Assembly (NCBI GenBank): GCA_965209055.1
Contig: OZ242374.1
Location: 2,592,001-2,656,000, forward strand
DNA from: Acidobacteriota bacterium
GTDB taxonomy: Bacteria > Acidobacteriota > UBA6911 > RPQK01 > JAJDTT01
Length of the DNA stretch: 64,000 nucleotides
Direction of reading: 5' to 3'
Of this stretch, positions 36,995 to 45,929 are shown piece after piece. Positions within the stretch are counted from its first letter, which is position 1, and each line of letters begins with the position of its first letter. Made by a program: the position numbers and the translations under genes. The notes below the pieces were generated by a model. That model searched no databases. It saw only the letters and a program-made list of their open reading frames with translations, and was not told the DNA's origin.

Positions 36995-37413
36995 ATCGGA
37001 AGCACATTCGGTTTGAAGACCTGGAGCCGAACGGGGTCCTGGATGAGGAGCATTTGAAGTCATGCAGGCGGTGCCGCCGGGAATTGCGCGCCTACCGCCT
37101 GTTTCGATTTCACCTGGAGCATTTGCCCCAAATCGAACCTCCGGCCCATTTTGCCCGGACCGTGGCCCGGCTGGCCGAGGAAAGGCGGGTTGTGCCGTTC
37201 GCCCTGTTCCTGGAACGGGCCGCCCGGCAATTGGCCCCCGGTTTGATCACTCTGATGGGAGCCGTCACCATCCTGCTCTACCTGTTTTCACAGCCGGTTG
37301 ACGTGGGCTTGACGCCTATGGAGAGCCTGCCCGAGGAGGCCTCCCTGGAATACACCGTCGATTCCTTGAGGGCGTCGTCGGAAGGGGGTTGGATCATTGA
37401 CGAATCGAACTAA
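36991..37413 (+). CDS. Putative zinc-finger anti-sigma factor
   Basis: HL..C..C motif plus one TM; coupled to the sigma gene. Confidence 0.75.
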   Translation: MNRKHIRFEDLEPNGVLDEEHLKSCRRCRRELRAYRLFRFHLEHLPQIEPPAHFARTVARLAEERRVVPFALFLERAARQLAPGLITLMGAVTILLYLFSQPVDVGLTPMESLPEEASLEYTVDSLRASSEGGWIIDESN

Positions 37414-37837
37414 GGCCGTCTTCTGGATCATCTTCGTATTCCTCTCGGGCAGCTTCGTCGGTGGCGTCCTGACCCATGTTTTGGTCCGGCCGGCGCACTT
37501 CCATGCCGGAGGCGGCCCGGACCGGCGGCCGCCGGCGCGAGAGCCGGGACAGCCCCGCCGCAACGGGTCGCGGTTTCTCCAACGCCTGGATCAGGCTCTG
37601 GATCTGGACCCGGACCAGGAAGACGAGGTTCGCCGGATCGTGGAGACGACTCGGAAAAGGTTTCGGGGGGCGGCCGAAGAAGCCTCCCGGATGCACAGAG
37701 AGATTCGTAAACAGGCCCGGAATCAGATTCGCGTTCTCCTCAGGCCGGAGCAGGTGGAGAAATACGACGAGATGACCCGGCGGAAGGATCGAAGATTCCG
37801 CGAGGGAAGACGCCGCGGCTCTGGCGCCTGCCAATAG
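37397..37837 (+). CDS. Periplasmic Spy/CpxP/ZraP-like helical protein
   Basis: N-terminal TM, LDLDPDQ and LRPEQ (LTxxQ-like) motifs. Confidence 0.7.
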   Translation: MTNRTKAVFWIIFVFLSGSFVGGVLTHVLVRPAHFHAGGGPDRRPPAREPGQPRRNGSRFLQRLDQALDLDPDQEDEVRRIVETTRKRFRGAAEEASRMHREIRKQARNQIRVLLRPEQVEKYDEMTRRKDRRFREGRRRGSGACQ

Positions 37838-37882
37838 TTCGGTTCGCCTTTCGAGGCGGTCCCCGCATCTTCCTGTTATAGA

Positions 37883-38728
37883 ATGACAGCTCTTGCATAT
37901 CCGCGGCGAGAGCCGCCGCGGGGTTCGACCAACATTGTTTCCGGACGGGCGCCGGGCCTATTCGTGAGACGAACGGAGCCTCCGGTCACGCTGACACGAA
38001 CGGCTTCTCCCGGTTCTTCCTTCCTCGGCATGTGTTGCCTCGCACTGGTCCTGGCGGGCGGCATCGCCCAGCCGGTCCGGGGCCAGGCTGCAGCCGATTC
38101 CGATCCCAGGAAATGGGAGTTCTCGTTCCTGGCCGGGACCGGGTTCCTGTCCGACGGGACCTTTGGAGCGGCGGCCTCCGGGAATGTTTCCGCCTTGGTC
38201 AGGCTCGACTACGATGCCGGCTACTCGCTCGCATTCGGTGTGATCGAAAACCTGGCCGAGAACTTCGGCGCCGAGATGCGCTACGGCATCGGCAGCCTTC
38301 CGGTCGCGGCCGGCAGCCCGACGGAGGGATCCGCGGCGCCGAAGCAGGCCCATCATGTCCATGGGCTCGTCTACAGCCTGATCGTCTACCCTCAGGGCTG
38401 GCGGCGGGGCCGGTTCGTGCCGTATGCGTTGGCCGGACTCGGAGCGTCGCTGTTCCAGCCATCCGGCAATGCCGATGCGGCCTCCCAGGCCTTGGTCCTG
38501 AAGAACCGCTGGAAATTGGCGGGCGACATGGGCGGTGGCGTCAAACTCTACCTGGATCCGCCGTGGAGCCTCCGTTTCGAGGTTCGCAATCGGATCACGG
38601 GAGTCCCCGATTACGGTCTTCCCCGAGTGGAATCCCAGGGGGAGGGCGCCGGTGCAGTGCCGCCGGCAAGCGGCCGCCTGCACCATTGGCAGTTCCAGGC
38701 CGGGTTCACCTACAACTTCGCCCCCTGA
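37883..38728 (+). CDS. Outer-membrane beta-barrel protein (true start possibly ~38030)
   Basis: Signal peptide, FVPYALAGLG, GGGVK, LRFEVR, C-terminal QAGFTYNF. Confidence 0.72.
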   Translation: MTALAYPRREPPRGSTNIVSGRAPGLFVRRTEPPVTLTRTASPGSSFLGMCCLALVLAGGIAQPVRGQAAADSDPRKWEFSFLAGTGFLSDGTFGAAASGNVSALVRLDYDAGYSLAFGVIENLAENFGAEMRYGIGSLPVAAGSPTEGSAAPKQAHHVHGLVYSLIVYPQGWRRGRFVPYALAGLGASLFQPSGNADAASQALVLKNRWKLAGDMGGGVKLYLDPPWSLRFEVRNRITGVPDYGLPRVESQGEGAGAVPPASGRLHHWQFQAGFTYNFAP

Positions 38729-38823
38729 GCGTCTTCCCGGAAGTTTCCAACCGCGAGTGAGGCCGGGAGACCGGCGGGAGGATCCCTGCACCGCGCCTCT
38801 CACTCCGTCCGGTCTCTCCGGCG

Positions 38824-39606
38824 TCAGTGGGTCATGGCGTAAACGATGTAGTTGATTCCCAATTGGAAGGCCAGATTGGCGTATTTCCGAGGGTATTCTT
38901 CCACTTCGGCCCACTCCCACGCATCTCCGAGATCCACGTTGTGGTTGATCATCACCATGAGGCGGCCCCGCTCATCCATGACGCCCATGTAACGCGCGTC
39001 GTAGCCGCCCTTCTCCCAGGTTTTCCCATAGAACAGGTACTGGATTCCCGGAATCTGAATCAACTCGTCGATGTTGTAGTAGCAATGGAAAACCGGGTGA
39101 GACAAAGGAAGGTCCACCGGCTCGTATTCCGGGAAGACCTTCTTGATCTGCTGGTAGAAGTTGTTCCACTCCCAGGGGCCGTGGAAGTCGTCGACCACGA
39201 GAAAACCGCCCCGCAGGAGGTATTCCCTCAGCTTCGACGCTTCCTGGTCGGAGAGGTGCATCCTCCCGACCTCCACGGCGTAGAGAAAAGGATAGTCGAA
39301 CACCTCCGAGTCCAGTATGGAGAGCGCCTTGTTGCCGGAAGAGACGAAGGTGAAGTCGCTCAATTTCTCCAGGCCGTACAGGAACTGGAGATCGGCTTTG
39401 GGATAGTCGGTCTGCCAACTCCAGTTCCACCCCCGGCGCGCCCAGCCGGGACCCGAGTAGACGAGGCGCAAAAAGGTGAACTCCGAGTCATGCCGGCCTT
39501 CCGCTTCGGGCTCATGGTGGTCGCCTGCGGCAGCCAGGACCAACCAGGTCGCCGGCACCGCCGCGATCAGCAGCCACATCTTTCCGAATGCCGGTCTCCT
39601 GAACAC
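38824..39606 (-). CDS. DUF4159 domain protein
   Basis: FTFLRL.Y, W.TDYP.AD, YPFLY, LREYL.RGGFL.VDDF, DLGDAWE, GINYIVYAMTH. Confidence 0.88.
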   Translation of the reverse strand: MFRRPAFGKMWLLIAAVPATWLVLAAAGDHHEPEAEGRHDSEFTFLRLVYSGPGWARRGWNWSWQTDYPKADLQFLYGLEKLSDFTFVSSGNKALSILDSEVFDYPFLYAVEVGRMHLSDQEASKLREYLLRGGFLVVDDFHGPWEWNNFYQQIKKVFPEYEPVDLPLSHPVFHCYYNIDELIQIPGIQYLFYGKTWEKGGYDARYMGVMDERGRLMVMINHNVDLGDAWEWAEVEEYPRKYANLAFQLGINYIVYAMTH

Positions 39607-39926
39607 GGCTAACGGCCTCGTTGCGGATAAACGGGAGCGTTCATATGAGATGCCGATTCACTGTAAGGGACCCGGGCTTCCGAGACAACTCACAAGATGT
39701 GGGATGAGGCGGGGGAGGCGGCAATCTTTCTGCTCCGTCCATCCGGTGAGACCCTCCCCACGCGGTTCGTCTCCTCGTCTTCGTTCCCACCCTCGTGTAT
39801 ACTCTTTCTCCCGTTGCAATAGTCCACGGGTTGCCTTTTTCTCCTTTCATCTGAAGCGTACTTGGTCGAGGAAATCTGATGCAGTGGATCACGCCGATCG
39901 GTCGTAGTGGACGAGGGAATGACGGG

Positions 39927-41189
39927 GTGACGGTGGTCTTTGCCAAGGGCAAGTTGGCGATTCTACTGCTTTCGGCGCTGGTGGTCGGCTACGGGCTGGT
40001 GGGCGGATCCATGGACCGGGTCGCGGCCAGAGATGCGTCATACGAGGAAATTGGCCTCTTCATGTCGGTCTTCAGGCGGGTCCGGGACGACTATGTCGAA
40101 GAACCTGTGATGAAGGACGCCCTGTTGGGAGCCCTCCACGGAATGGTCGAGGCGGTGGACCCCTACTCGAGCTTCGTTCCCCAGGCCAGTTACGAGCAAG
40201 TTCAGGCGCGGACCGAAGCCCAGGCCTCGCCCGGGATCTACATTTCCAAACGTTACGGGTACGCCTACGTAGTCGCGGTGGTGCGCGGCAGCCCGGCCGA
40301 GCGGGAAGGAGTGCGCACCGGTGATTGGATCGAGTCCATCGATGCCCGGAAAACGACGCAGATGAGCCGCTGGGAGGCGCAGTACATGCTCGAGGGAGCA
40401 CCCGGCACCGAGGTGAAGCTCAGGTTGATCCGGGCACGCCGGCCGCCCACCGAAATCCGGTTGGTGCGGGAGGCCCCCGTCCCCGAGAAGGTCAAGGCGG
40501 AGGTTGTGGAGACGGGGCTGGGCCAACTCCGGATTCCGAGCCTTCAAACCGGCAGTTCCGGCCAGGTGCGCAAGGGATTGCGGATGCTGCGGTCCGCCGA
40601 TGTGAAGGGACTCCTGCTGGACGTACGGGGTGTGGCCGAGGGGGAGGTGGCGGAGGCCGTCGAGATCGCGGGACTCCTGCTGCCCAAGGGGAGCAAGGTG
40701 CTCACCGTCAAGGATCGTCAGGGTCGTTCCGTGGTGCACGCCACGACCGCCGAGCCCTTGCTGGCCGGCGTTCCCGCGGTGGTATTGGCCGACGGGGGAA
40801 CCAGCGGGGCGGCGGAGATACTTGTGGCGGCGTTGAAGGACCACAAGGCGGCCACGGTGGTGGGTTCGAAGACCGATGGCAGGGGATCAGGACAAGAGCT
40901 TTTCCACCTCGGAGACGGATCGGTCCTGTATCTCGCGACCAAAATCTACTATCGGCCCAACGGCAATGCGATTCAGGAGAAAAAGCTCAAGGATTCGGGA
41001 ATTTCCCCCGATGTTCGAGCTCCGGACGAGGATTTCGTCTCCAGTTTTTACTTGGAGAACGTCTCGGACGACCCCGATGCGGAATTGGGAGTGGACTTTT
41101 ACAAGGGTCTGGAAGAAGCTGTCCGCGAAAGGCAGTTCCAACAGGGGCTCGACAGACTGCGACGCCGCTTGGCCGAGAAAGCTGCATGA
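39927..41189 (+). CDS. S41/CtpA-family PDZ protease homolog with degenerate catalytic motifs (start approximate)
   Basis: DYVE, GM...DPYS, GSPA...G...GD.I..ID (PDZ), Y..PNG..I...GI.PD; catalytic motifs read TSGAAE and TDGRG. Confidence 0.82.
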   Translation: MTVVFAKGKLAILLLSALVVGYGLVGGSMDRVAARDASYEEIGLFMSVFRRVRDDYVEEPVMKDALLGALHGMVEAVDPYSSFVPQASYEQVQARTEAQASPGIYISKRYGYAYVVAVVRGSPAEREGVRTGDWIESIDARKTTQMSRWEAQYMLEGAPGTEVKLRLIRARRPPTEIRLVREAPVPEKVKAEVVETGLGQLRIPSLQTGSSGQVRKGLRMLRSADVKGLLLDVRGVAEGEVAEAVEIAGLLLPKGSKVLTVKDRQGRSVVHATTAEPLLAGVPAVVLADGGTSGAAEILVAALKDHKAATVVGSKTDGRGSGQELFHLGDGSVLYLATKIYYRPNGNAIQEKKLKDSGISPDVRAPDEDFVSSFYLENVSDDPDAELGVDFYKGLEEAVRERQFQQGLDRLRRRLAEKAA

Positions 41190-41242
41190 GGGTCGGGCTC
41201 GGAAGGATCATATGATCGATCGGCAAGAAAGGAGAACCGGGA

Positions 41243-41515
41243 ATGAACAAGGCTGAGTTGATCGGATCAGTCGCCGGGAAGGCGAAGCTCAGCAAGAGCG
41301 ATGCCCGAGCCGCGGTGGAGGCCGTAGTGTCCACGATCCATGCGGCCATGAAAAACGGCGATAAGGTGTCCCTCGTGGGGTTCGGCACCTTTTCGGCTCC
41401 CGTCCGCCCCGCCCGGTCAGGGCGAAACCCTCAGACCGGAGAAGCGATTCAGATTCCCGCCAGAAAGGTTCCCAAATTCACGCCCGGCAGGTCTTTGAGG
41501 GACTCGATTCAGTAG
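41243..41515 (+). CDS. hup: DNA-binding protein HU
   Basis: MNKAELI, VSLVGFGTF, R.GRNPQTGE.I.IPA.KVPKF.PG. Confidence 0.96.
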   Translation: MNKAELIGSVAGKAKLSKSDARAAVEAVVSTIHAAMKNGDKVSLVGFGTFSAPVRPARSGRNPQTGEAIQIPARKVPKFTPGRSLRDSIQ

Positions 41516-41610
41516 GGGGCGAGTCCGCCTTCGAGTCCAGGAAATTGTCGACGCGCCTTCGTGGATTGGTCCCGGTGAGATGCGGGATTCGTGTGTTATG
41601 ATCGCCTCGT

Positions 41611-41685
41611 AGGTGCGTAGCTCAGGGGGAGAGCACTTCCTTGACGCGGAAGGGGTCAGCGGTTCAAATCCGCTCGCACCTACCA
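41611..41685 (+). tRNA. tRNA-Val(GAC)
   Basis: AGGTGCGTAGCTCAG...CTTCCTT-GAC-GCGGAAG...GGTTCAAATCC...CGCACCTACCA, followed by a T-run. Confidence 0.97.
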
Positions 41686-41747
41686 TTTTTTTATCTTGCG
41701 GTTGGCGTGGACTCCGGGGTTCTATCGAAATGTCCGGACAGAGCATT

Positions 41748-43532
41748 ATGAGGACCATCCATCGGGATGGGACCGTTCATGAGGTCTTCGATCCCGACGA
41801 AGCTCTGGAAACCCTGCGCCATTCGACGTCCCACCTGATGGCCCTGGCGGTCAGCCACCTCTTCCCGGAAGTGAGTCTGGGAATCGGTCCTCCCACCGGC
41901 GATGGCTTCTACTACGATTTCCAGATGCCGCACCGGCTGACGGAGGACGATCTGCCCCGAATCGAAGCCAAGATGGACGAGCTCAAGGCGGAGAATCTGG
42001 ATTTCGAGCCGTCCATTCTGGAGCTGTCCGAAGCGCTGGATTTCTTTCGCAGTCACGGCGAGGAGTTGAAGACCGAGTTGATCGAAGAGCGGAAGGACGA
42101 GGTGCTCTCTTCCTATCGCCTGGGAGACCTGGTGGATTTCTGCACCGGGCCGCACGTGCTCTCCACGGCTCAGCTCGGCTCGTTCCGGCTGCTTTCCGTT
42201 GCCGGTTCCTATTGGAGGGGCGACGAACACCGGGAACAGTTGCAAAGGATTTACGGAACGGCGTTTTTCTCGTCCCGGGAACTGGATGACTATCTGCAGC
42301 GGCTGGAGGAGGCCAGGAACCGCGACCATCGGAAACTGGGCCGGGAACTGGATCTCTTTTCGGTTCCGGAGGGCGTCGCTCCGGGTCTCATTTTCTGGCA
42401 TCCGAAGGGCGCCAAGGTTCGGGAAAAGATCGAAGAGTTCCTGCGCGAGGAGCACGAAGCGCGCGGTTACCAGTTCGTATACACGCCCCATATCGCCAAG
42501 TGCGACCTTTGGAAGACGTCCGGCCACTACGAGTTTTTCCGGGAGAACATGTACACGTTGCCCGTGGACGACGAAGAGTACGTGCTCAAGCCCATGAACT
42601 GTCCCGGCCATATCCTCATTTACAAGTCGAGGAAACGCAGTTACCGCGAACTGCCCATCCGTCTCGCCGAGTTCGGAACGGTCTATCGGTACGAGAAGTC
42701 GGGAACCCTCCATGGGATGCTTCGCGTGCGGGGATTCACCCAGGACGACGCGCATATTTTCTGCCGTCCGGACCAGGTTTTTTCGGAAGTGGTTGCCACC
42801 TTGGACCTTGCAGAGCATCTTCTCAGCACGTTCGGCTTTCAGGGCCATGAGATCATGTTGGCCACCTGGGACCCGGAACACACCGAGCACTACGCCGGAA
42901 AACGTGAAGATTGGGAGAGGGCCGAGTCGGTTCTGGTCCAGGCGTTGGAGGAAAAGGGTTGGCCGTACCGCCGCCAGCCAGGCGAGGCTGCTTTCTACGG
43001 TCCCAAGATCGACATCAGTCTGATCGATGCTCTGGGGCGAACCTGGCAGGTCACCACCTTGCAGTTCGATTTCAACCTGCCGGCCCGCTTCAACATTACC
43101 TATGCCGATTCCGAATCCCGCGAACAGCAGGTCATCATGTTGCATCGGGCTCTGCTGGGTTCCATGGAGCGGTTCATGGGGATTCTGGTCGAACACTTTG
43201 GAGGCGCGTTTCCGCCCTGGCTGTCGCCGGTGCAGGCATCGGTGGTCCCGGTGAGCGAACGGCACCATGAATACGCGGTCGAGGTCCGCGACCGGCTGCG
43301 GGGGACGGGCTTGCGTGTCGAGGCGGACTTGAGAAACGAGAAGTTGGGATACAAGATCAGGAGTGCCCAGATGAGCAAAGTGCCATACATGCTCGTCGTG
43401 GGCGATCGAGAGGTGCAGGGCCGTACCGTATCGGTGCGGGATCGCCGGCGGGGCAACCAGGGGGCATGCCCGTTGGACGATTTTTCCCGAATGCTTGGTC
43501 GACAGGTGGCGCAAAGAGCGCTGGACGTCTGA
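41748..43532 (+). CDS. thrS: Threonine--tRNA ligase (short N-terminus; alternative start 41730)
   Basis: RHSTSHLMA, GFYYD, DFCTGPH, RDHRKLG, KPMNCPGH, RVRGFTQDDAH, AFYGPKID. Confidence 0.97.
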   Translation: MRTIHRDGTVHEVFDPDEALETLRHSTSHLMALAVSHLFPEVSLGIGPPTGDGFYYDFQMPHRLTEDDLPRIEAKMDELKAENLDFEPSILELSEALDFFRSHGEELKTELIEERKDEVLSSYRLGDLVDFCTGPHVLSTAQLGSFRLLSVAGSYWRGDEHREQLQRIYGTAFFSSRELDDYLQRLEEARNRDHRKLGRELDLFSVPEGVAPGLIFWHPKGAKVREKIEEFLREEHEARGYQFVYTPHIAKCDLWKTSGHYEFFRENMYTLPVDDEEYVLKPMNCPGHILIYKSRKRSYRELPIRLAEFGTVYRYEKSGTLHGMLRVRGFTQDDAHIFCRPDQVFSEVVATLDLAEHLLSTFGFQGHEIMLATWDPEHTEHYAGKREDWERAESVLVQALEEKGWPYRRQPGEAAFYGPKIDISLIDALGRTWQVTTLQFDFNLPARFNITYADSESREQQVIMLHRALLGSMERFMGILVEHFGGAFPPWLSPVQASVVPVSERHHEYAVEVRDRLRGTGLRVEADLRNEKLGYKIRSAQMSKVPYMLVVGDREVQGRTVSVRDRRRGNQGACPLDDFSRMLGRQVAQRALDV

Positions 43533-43607
43533 CCATGCTTTGAGGCATTGTCATCATTTGTCCCCGGTGAGTCGAAATTGATTCGAAGAAGAAGAGGAGC
43601 CGATTCT

Positions 43608-44120
43608 ATTCAGAGAGCACGAGTCAATCATCGGATAAGGGCCAGGGAAATTCGGGTCATCGACGAGAATGGGAGCCAGTTGGGCATCATGGCTCCGCCC
43701 GAGGCAAGGCGGCTGGCTCAGGAGAGGTCCCTCGACCTGGTCGAGGTCGCTCCCACCGCCAGGCCTCCGGTTTGTCGAATCATGGACTACGGGAAGTACC
43801 TGTACCAGCAACGCAAGAAGGCTCAGGAGGCGCGAAAGCACCAGAAAGTCATTCAGGTCAAGGAAGTCAAATTCCGGCCCAAGATCGACCAGCATGACTA
43901 TGAGTTCAAAAAGAAACACATTCTGCGTTTCTTGAAGGACGAAAACAGGGTCAAGGCCACCGTCATCTTCAGGGGTCGGGAGATCACCCACTCCGAGCTG
44001 GGTGAGGAGATCCTGAACCAGCTCCGTGGCGAGCTGACCGAGGTCGCGGACGTCGAGCGGCGGCCCCGGTTGGAAGGCCACACCATGACCATGATTCTGG
44101 TGCCCAGAAAACAGCCCTGA
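43608..44120 (+). CDS. infC: Translation initiation factor IF-3 (probable AUU start)
   Basis: [19 protein letters not shown]...[23 protein letters not shown]; SD GAGGAG before in-frame ATT. Confidence 0.95.
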   Translation: MQRARVNHRIRAREIRVIDENGSQLGIMAPPEARRLAQERSLDLVEVAPTARPPVCRIMDYGKYLYQQRKKAQEARKHQKVIQVKEVKFRPKIDQHDYEFKKKHILRFLKDENRVKATVIFRGREITHSELGEEILNQLRGELTEVADVERRPRLEGHTMTMILVPRKQP

Positions 44121-44223
44121 ATTCACTCGGAATTCTGCTTCAGACCCGGTTCCTTCAACGGCCGGGCCCGGTATTCACCAAGCCGGGCATGAGCGATCCG
44201 GGTACACAGCGAGGAAAACGGCG

Positions 44224-44415
44224 ATGCGATTGAAGACCAAGCGCGCGGCAGCCAAGCGATTCAAGGTCACGGGGTCGGGCAAGATCAGCCGGCGGCACAG
44301 CCATCACAGCCACATCCTGACCAAGAAGAGTCGCAAGCGGAAGCGGAATTTGAAGGATTGGGCCGGCCTGTCCTCTGCGGACAAGAAGCGGGTCCGGAAG
44401 ATGCTGCATATTTAG
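44224..44415 (+). CDS. rpmI: 50S ribosomal protein L35
   Basis: [30 protein letters not shown]. Confidence 0.97.
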   Translation: MRLKTKRAAAKRFKVTGSGKISRRHSHHSHILTKKSRKRKRNLKDWAGLSSADKKRVRKMLHI

Positions 44416-44452
44416 CGGCCGCGGGATTTTCGCGGGTGCTGGAGGTTCCATC

Positions 44453-44809
44453 ATGTCGAGGGTAAAGAGAGGGGTTAAGCGAAACCGGAGACGGAAGAAG
44501 ATCCTGCGCCTGGCCAAGGGTTACTGGGGCGCCAAGGGCAGGCTTCACCGCGCAGCCAAGGAACAGGTAAACCGTTCTCTGGCCTACTCCTATCGGGACC
44601 GGCGGCAGAAGAAGCGGAACTTCCGGAGGCTCTGGATCATCCGGGTCAACGCGGCCGCGCGGCAGCACAGCCTTTCCTACAGTCAGTTCATGTACGGTCT
44701 GAAGAAGGCCGGTTTGGAGTTGAGCCGTAAGATGTTGGCCGATCTGGCCGTCAGGGATCCACAGGCCTTCGGCAAGATCGCCGACATGGCTCGCAATGCC
44801 TTGCGTTAG
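44453..44809 (+). CDS. rplT: 50S ribosomal protein L20
   Basis: MSRVKRG, AKGYWG, YRDRR.KKR.FRRLWI.RVNAA. Confidence 0.98.
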   Translation: MSRVKRGVKRNRRRKKILRLAKGYWGAKGRLHRAAKEQVNRSLAYSYRDRRQKKRNFRRLWIIRVNAAARQHSLSYSQFMYGLKKAGLELSRKMLADLAVRDPQAFGKIADMARNALR

Positions 44810-44868
44810 GTAGCCGTTCGCCCCGGATTCTCAACCTTCCTCCAAGTTCCATTCCCGGGTCCGAGTCG

Positions 44869-45894
44869 ATGAAGCCGGTAGATCCGACTCACCTCTGGCA
44901 GAGCTTTCAGGCTGAACTGCAGGAGGTCTCGTCCAAGCCGGCTCTCACCCGGCTCCGCGACCGCTATCTCAGCCGTCAAAGGGGCCTGCTGACGCTCCAG
45001 TTGAGGGGTCTGGGACGACTCGCTCCCCAGGAACGGCCCCGGGCGGGCAAGAGCCTGAACCGGATCAAGGGCCGGATCGAATCGGCCCTGGCCGAGCGGG
45101 GGCGGGAGCTTGAGGCCGAGCAGCGCCGGTCCCAGCTCGAATCGGAACGCCTGGACATTACACTGCCGGGTTATCTTCCTCCTCAGGGCCGTTCTCATCC
45201 GCTGACACGGGTCCGGCGCGAGATGGAGGAGATCGCCGTGCGAATGGGATTCTCCGTCCTTTCGGGACCTGAACTGGAACTGGATCACTACAATTTCGAA
45301 GCGCTCAACATGCCCAAGGAGCATCCTGCCCGGGACACGCAGGATACGCTCTACATCACCGGGAACCTGCTGCTGAGGACCCATACGTCCCCCGTCCAGA
45401 TCCGGACCATGGAGCGCCAGCAGCCCCCCGTCCGCATCGTGGTTCCCGGACGCGTCTATCGCCGGGACACCGTGGACGCCACCCACAGCCCCATGTTTCA
45501 CCAGATGGAAGGCCTGGTCGTGGACGAGGGGATCACGTTCGGAGACCTGAAGGGAACTCTGGAGCTCTTCTTGCGGGAGCTCTTCTCCAGTGACCTGCGG
45601 GTGAGGTTCCGGCCCAGCTACTTCCCCTTCGTCGAGCCTGGAGCCGAGGTGGACATCGAGTGCATCTTCTGCTCGTCGCGAGGGTGCGGAGTCTGCAAGC
45701 GCACCGGATGGATCGAGATCATGGGCGCGGGCATGGTCCATCCCCGGGTGTTTTCCATGGTGGGATACGACGCCGAGCGCTACACGGGATTCGCTTGGGG
45801 AATGGGAATCGATCGGATCGCCATCCTCAAGTACCGCGTCAGCGACCTGCGGCTCTTTTTCGAAAATGACCTGAGATTTCTCCGGCAGTTCTGA
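44869..45894 (+). CDS. pheS: Phenylalanine--tRNA ligase alpha subunit
   Basis: HPARD.QDT, LLRTHTSPVQ, DATHSPMFHQ.EG, RFRPSYFPFVEP, GFAWG.GIDR. Confidence 0.98.
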   Translation: MKPVDPTHLWQSFQAELQEVSSKPALTRLRDRYLSRQRGLLTLQLRGLGRLAPQERPRAGKSLNRIKGRIESALAERGRELEAEQRRSQLESERLDITLPGYLPPQGRSHPLTRVRREMEEIAVRMGFSVLSGPELELDHYNFEALNMPKEHPARDTQDTLYITGNLLLRTHTSPVQIRTMERQQPPVRIVVPGRVYRRDTVDATHSPMFHQMEGLVVDEGITFGDLKGTLELFLRELFSSDLRVRFRPSYFPFVEPGAEVDIECIFCSSRGCGVCKRTGWIEIMGAGMVHPRVFSMVGYDAERYTGFAWGMGIDRIAILKYRVSDLRLFFENDLRFLRQF

Positions 45895-45929
45895 CCCGGC
45901 CGCGCCGTGTTGCGCCAGACAGTGACGTC

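Noticed and set aside
41613-41747. N-terminal extension of thrS in the ORF track
   Set aside because: Overlaps tRNA-Val; the true start is downstream.
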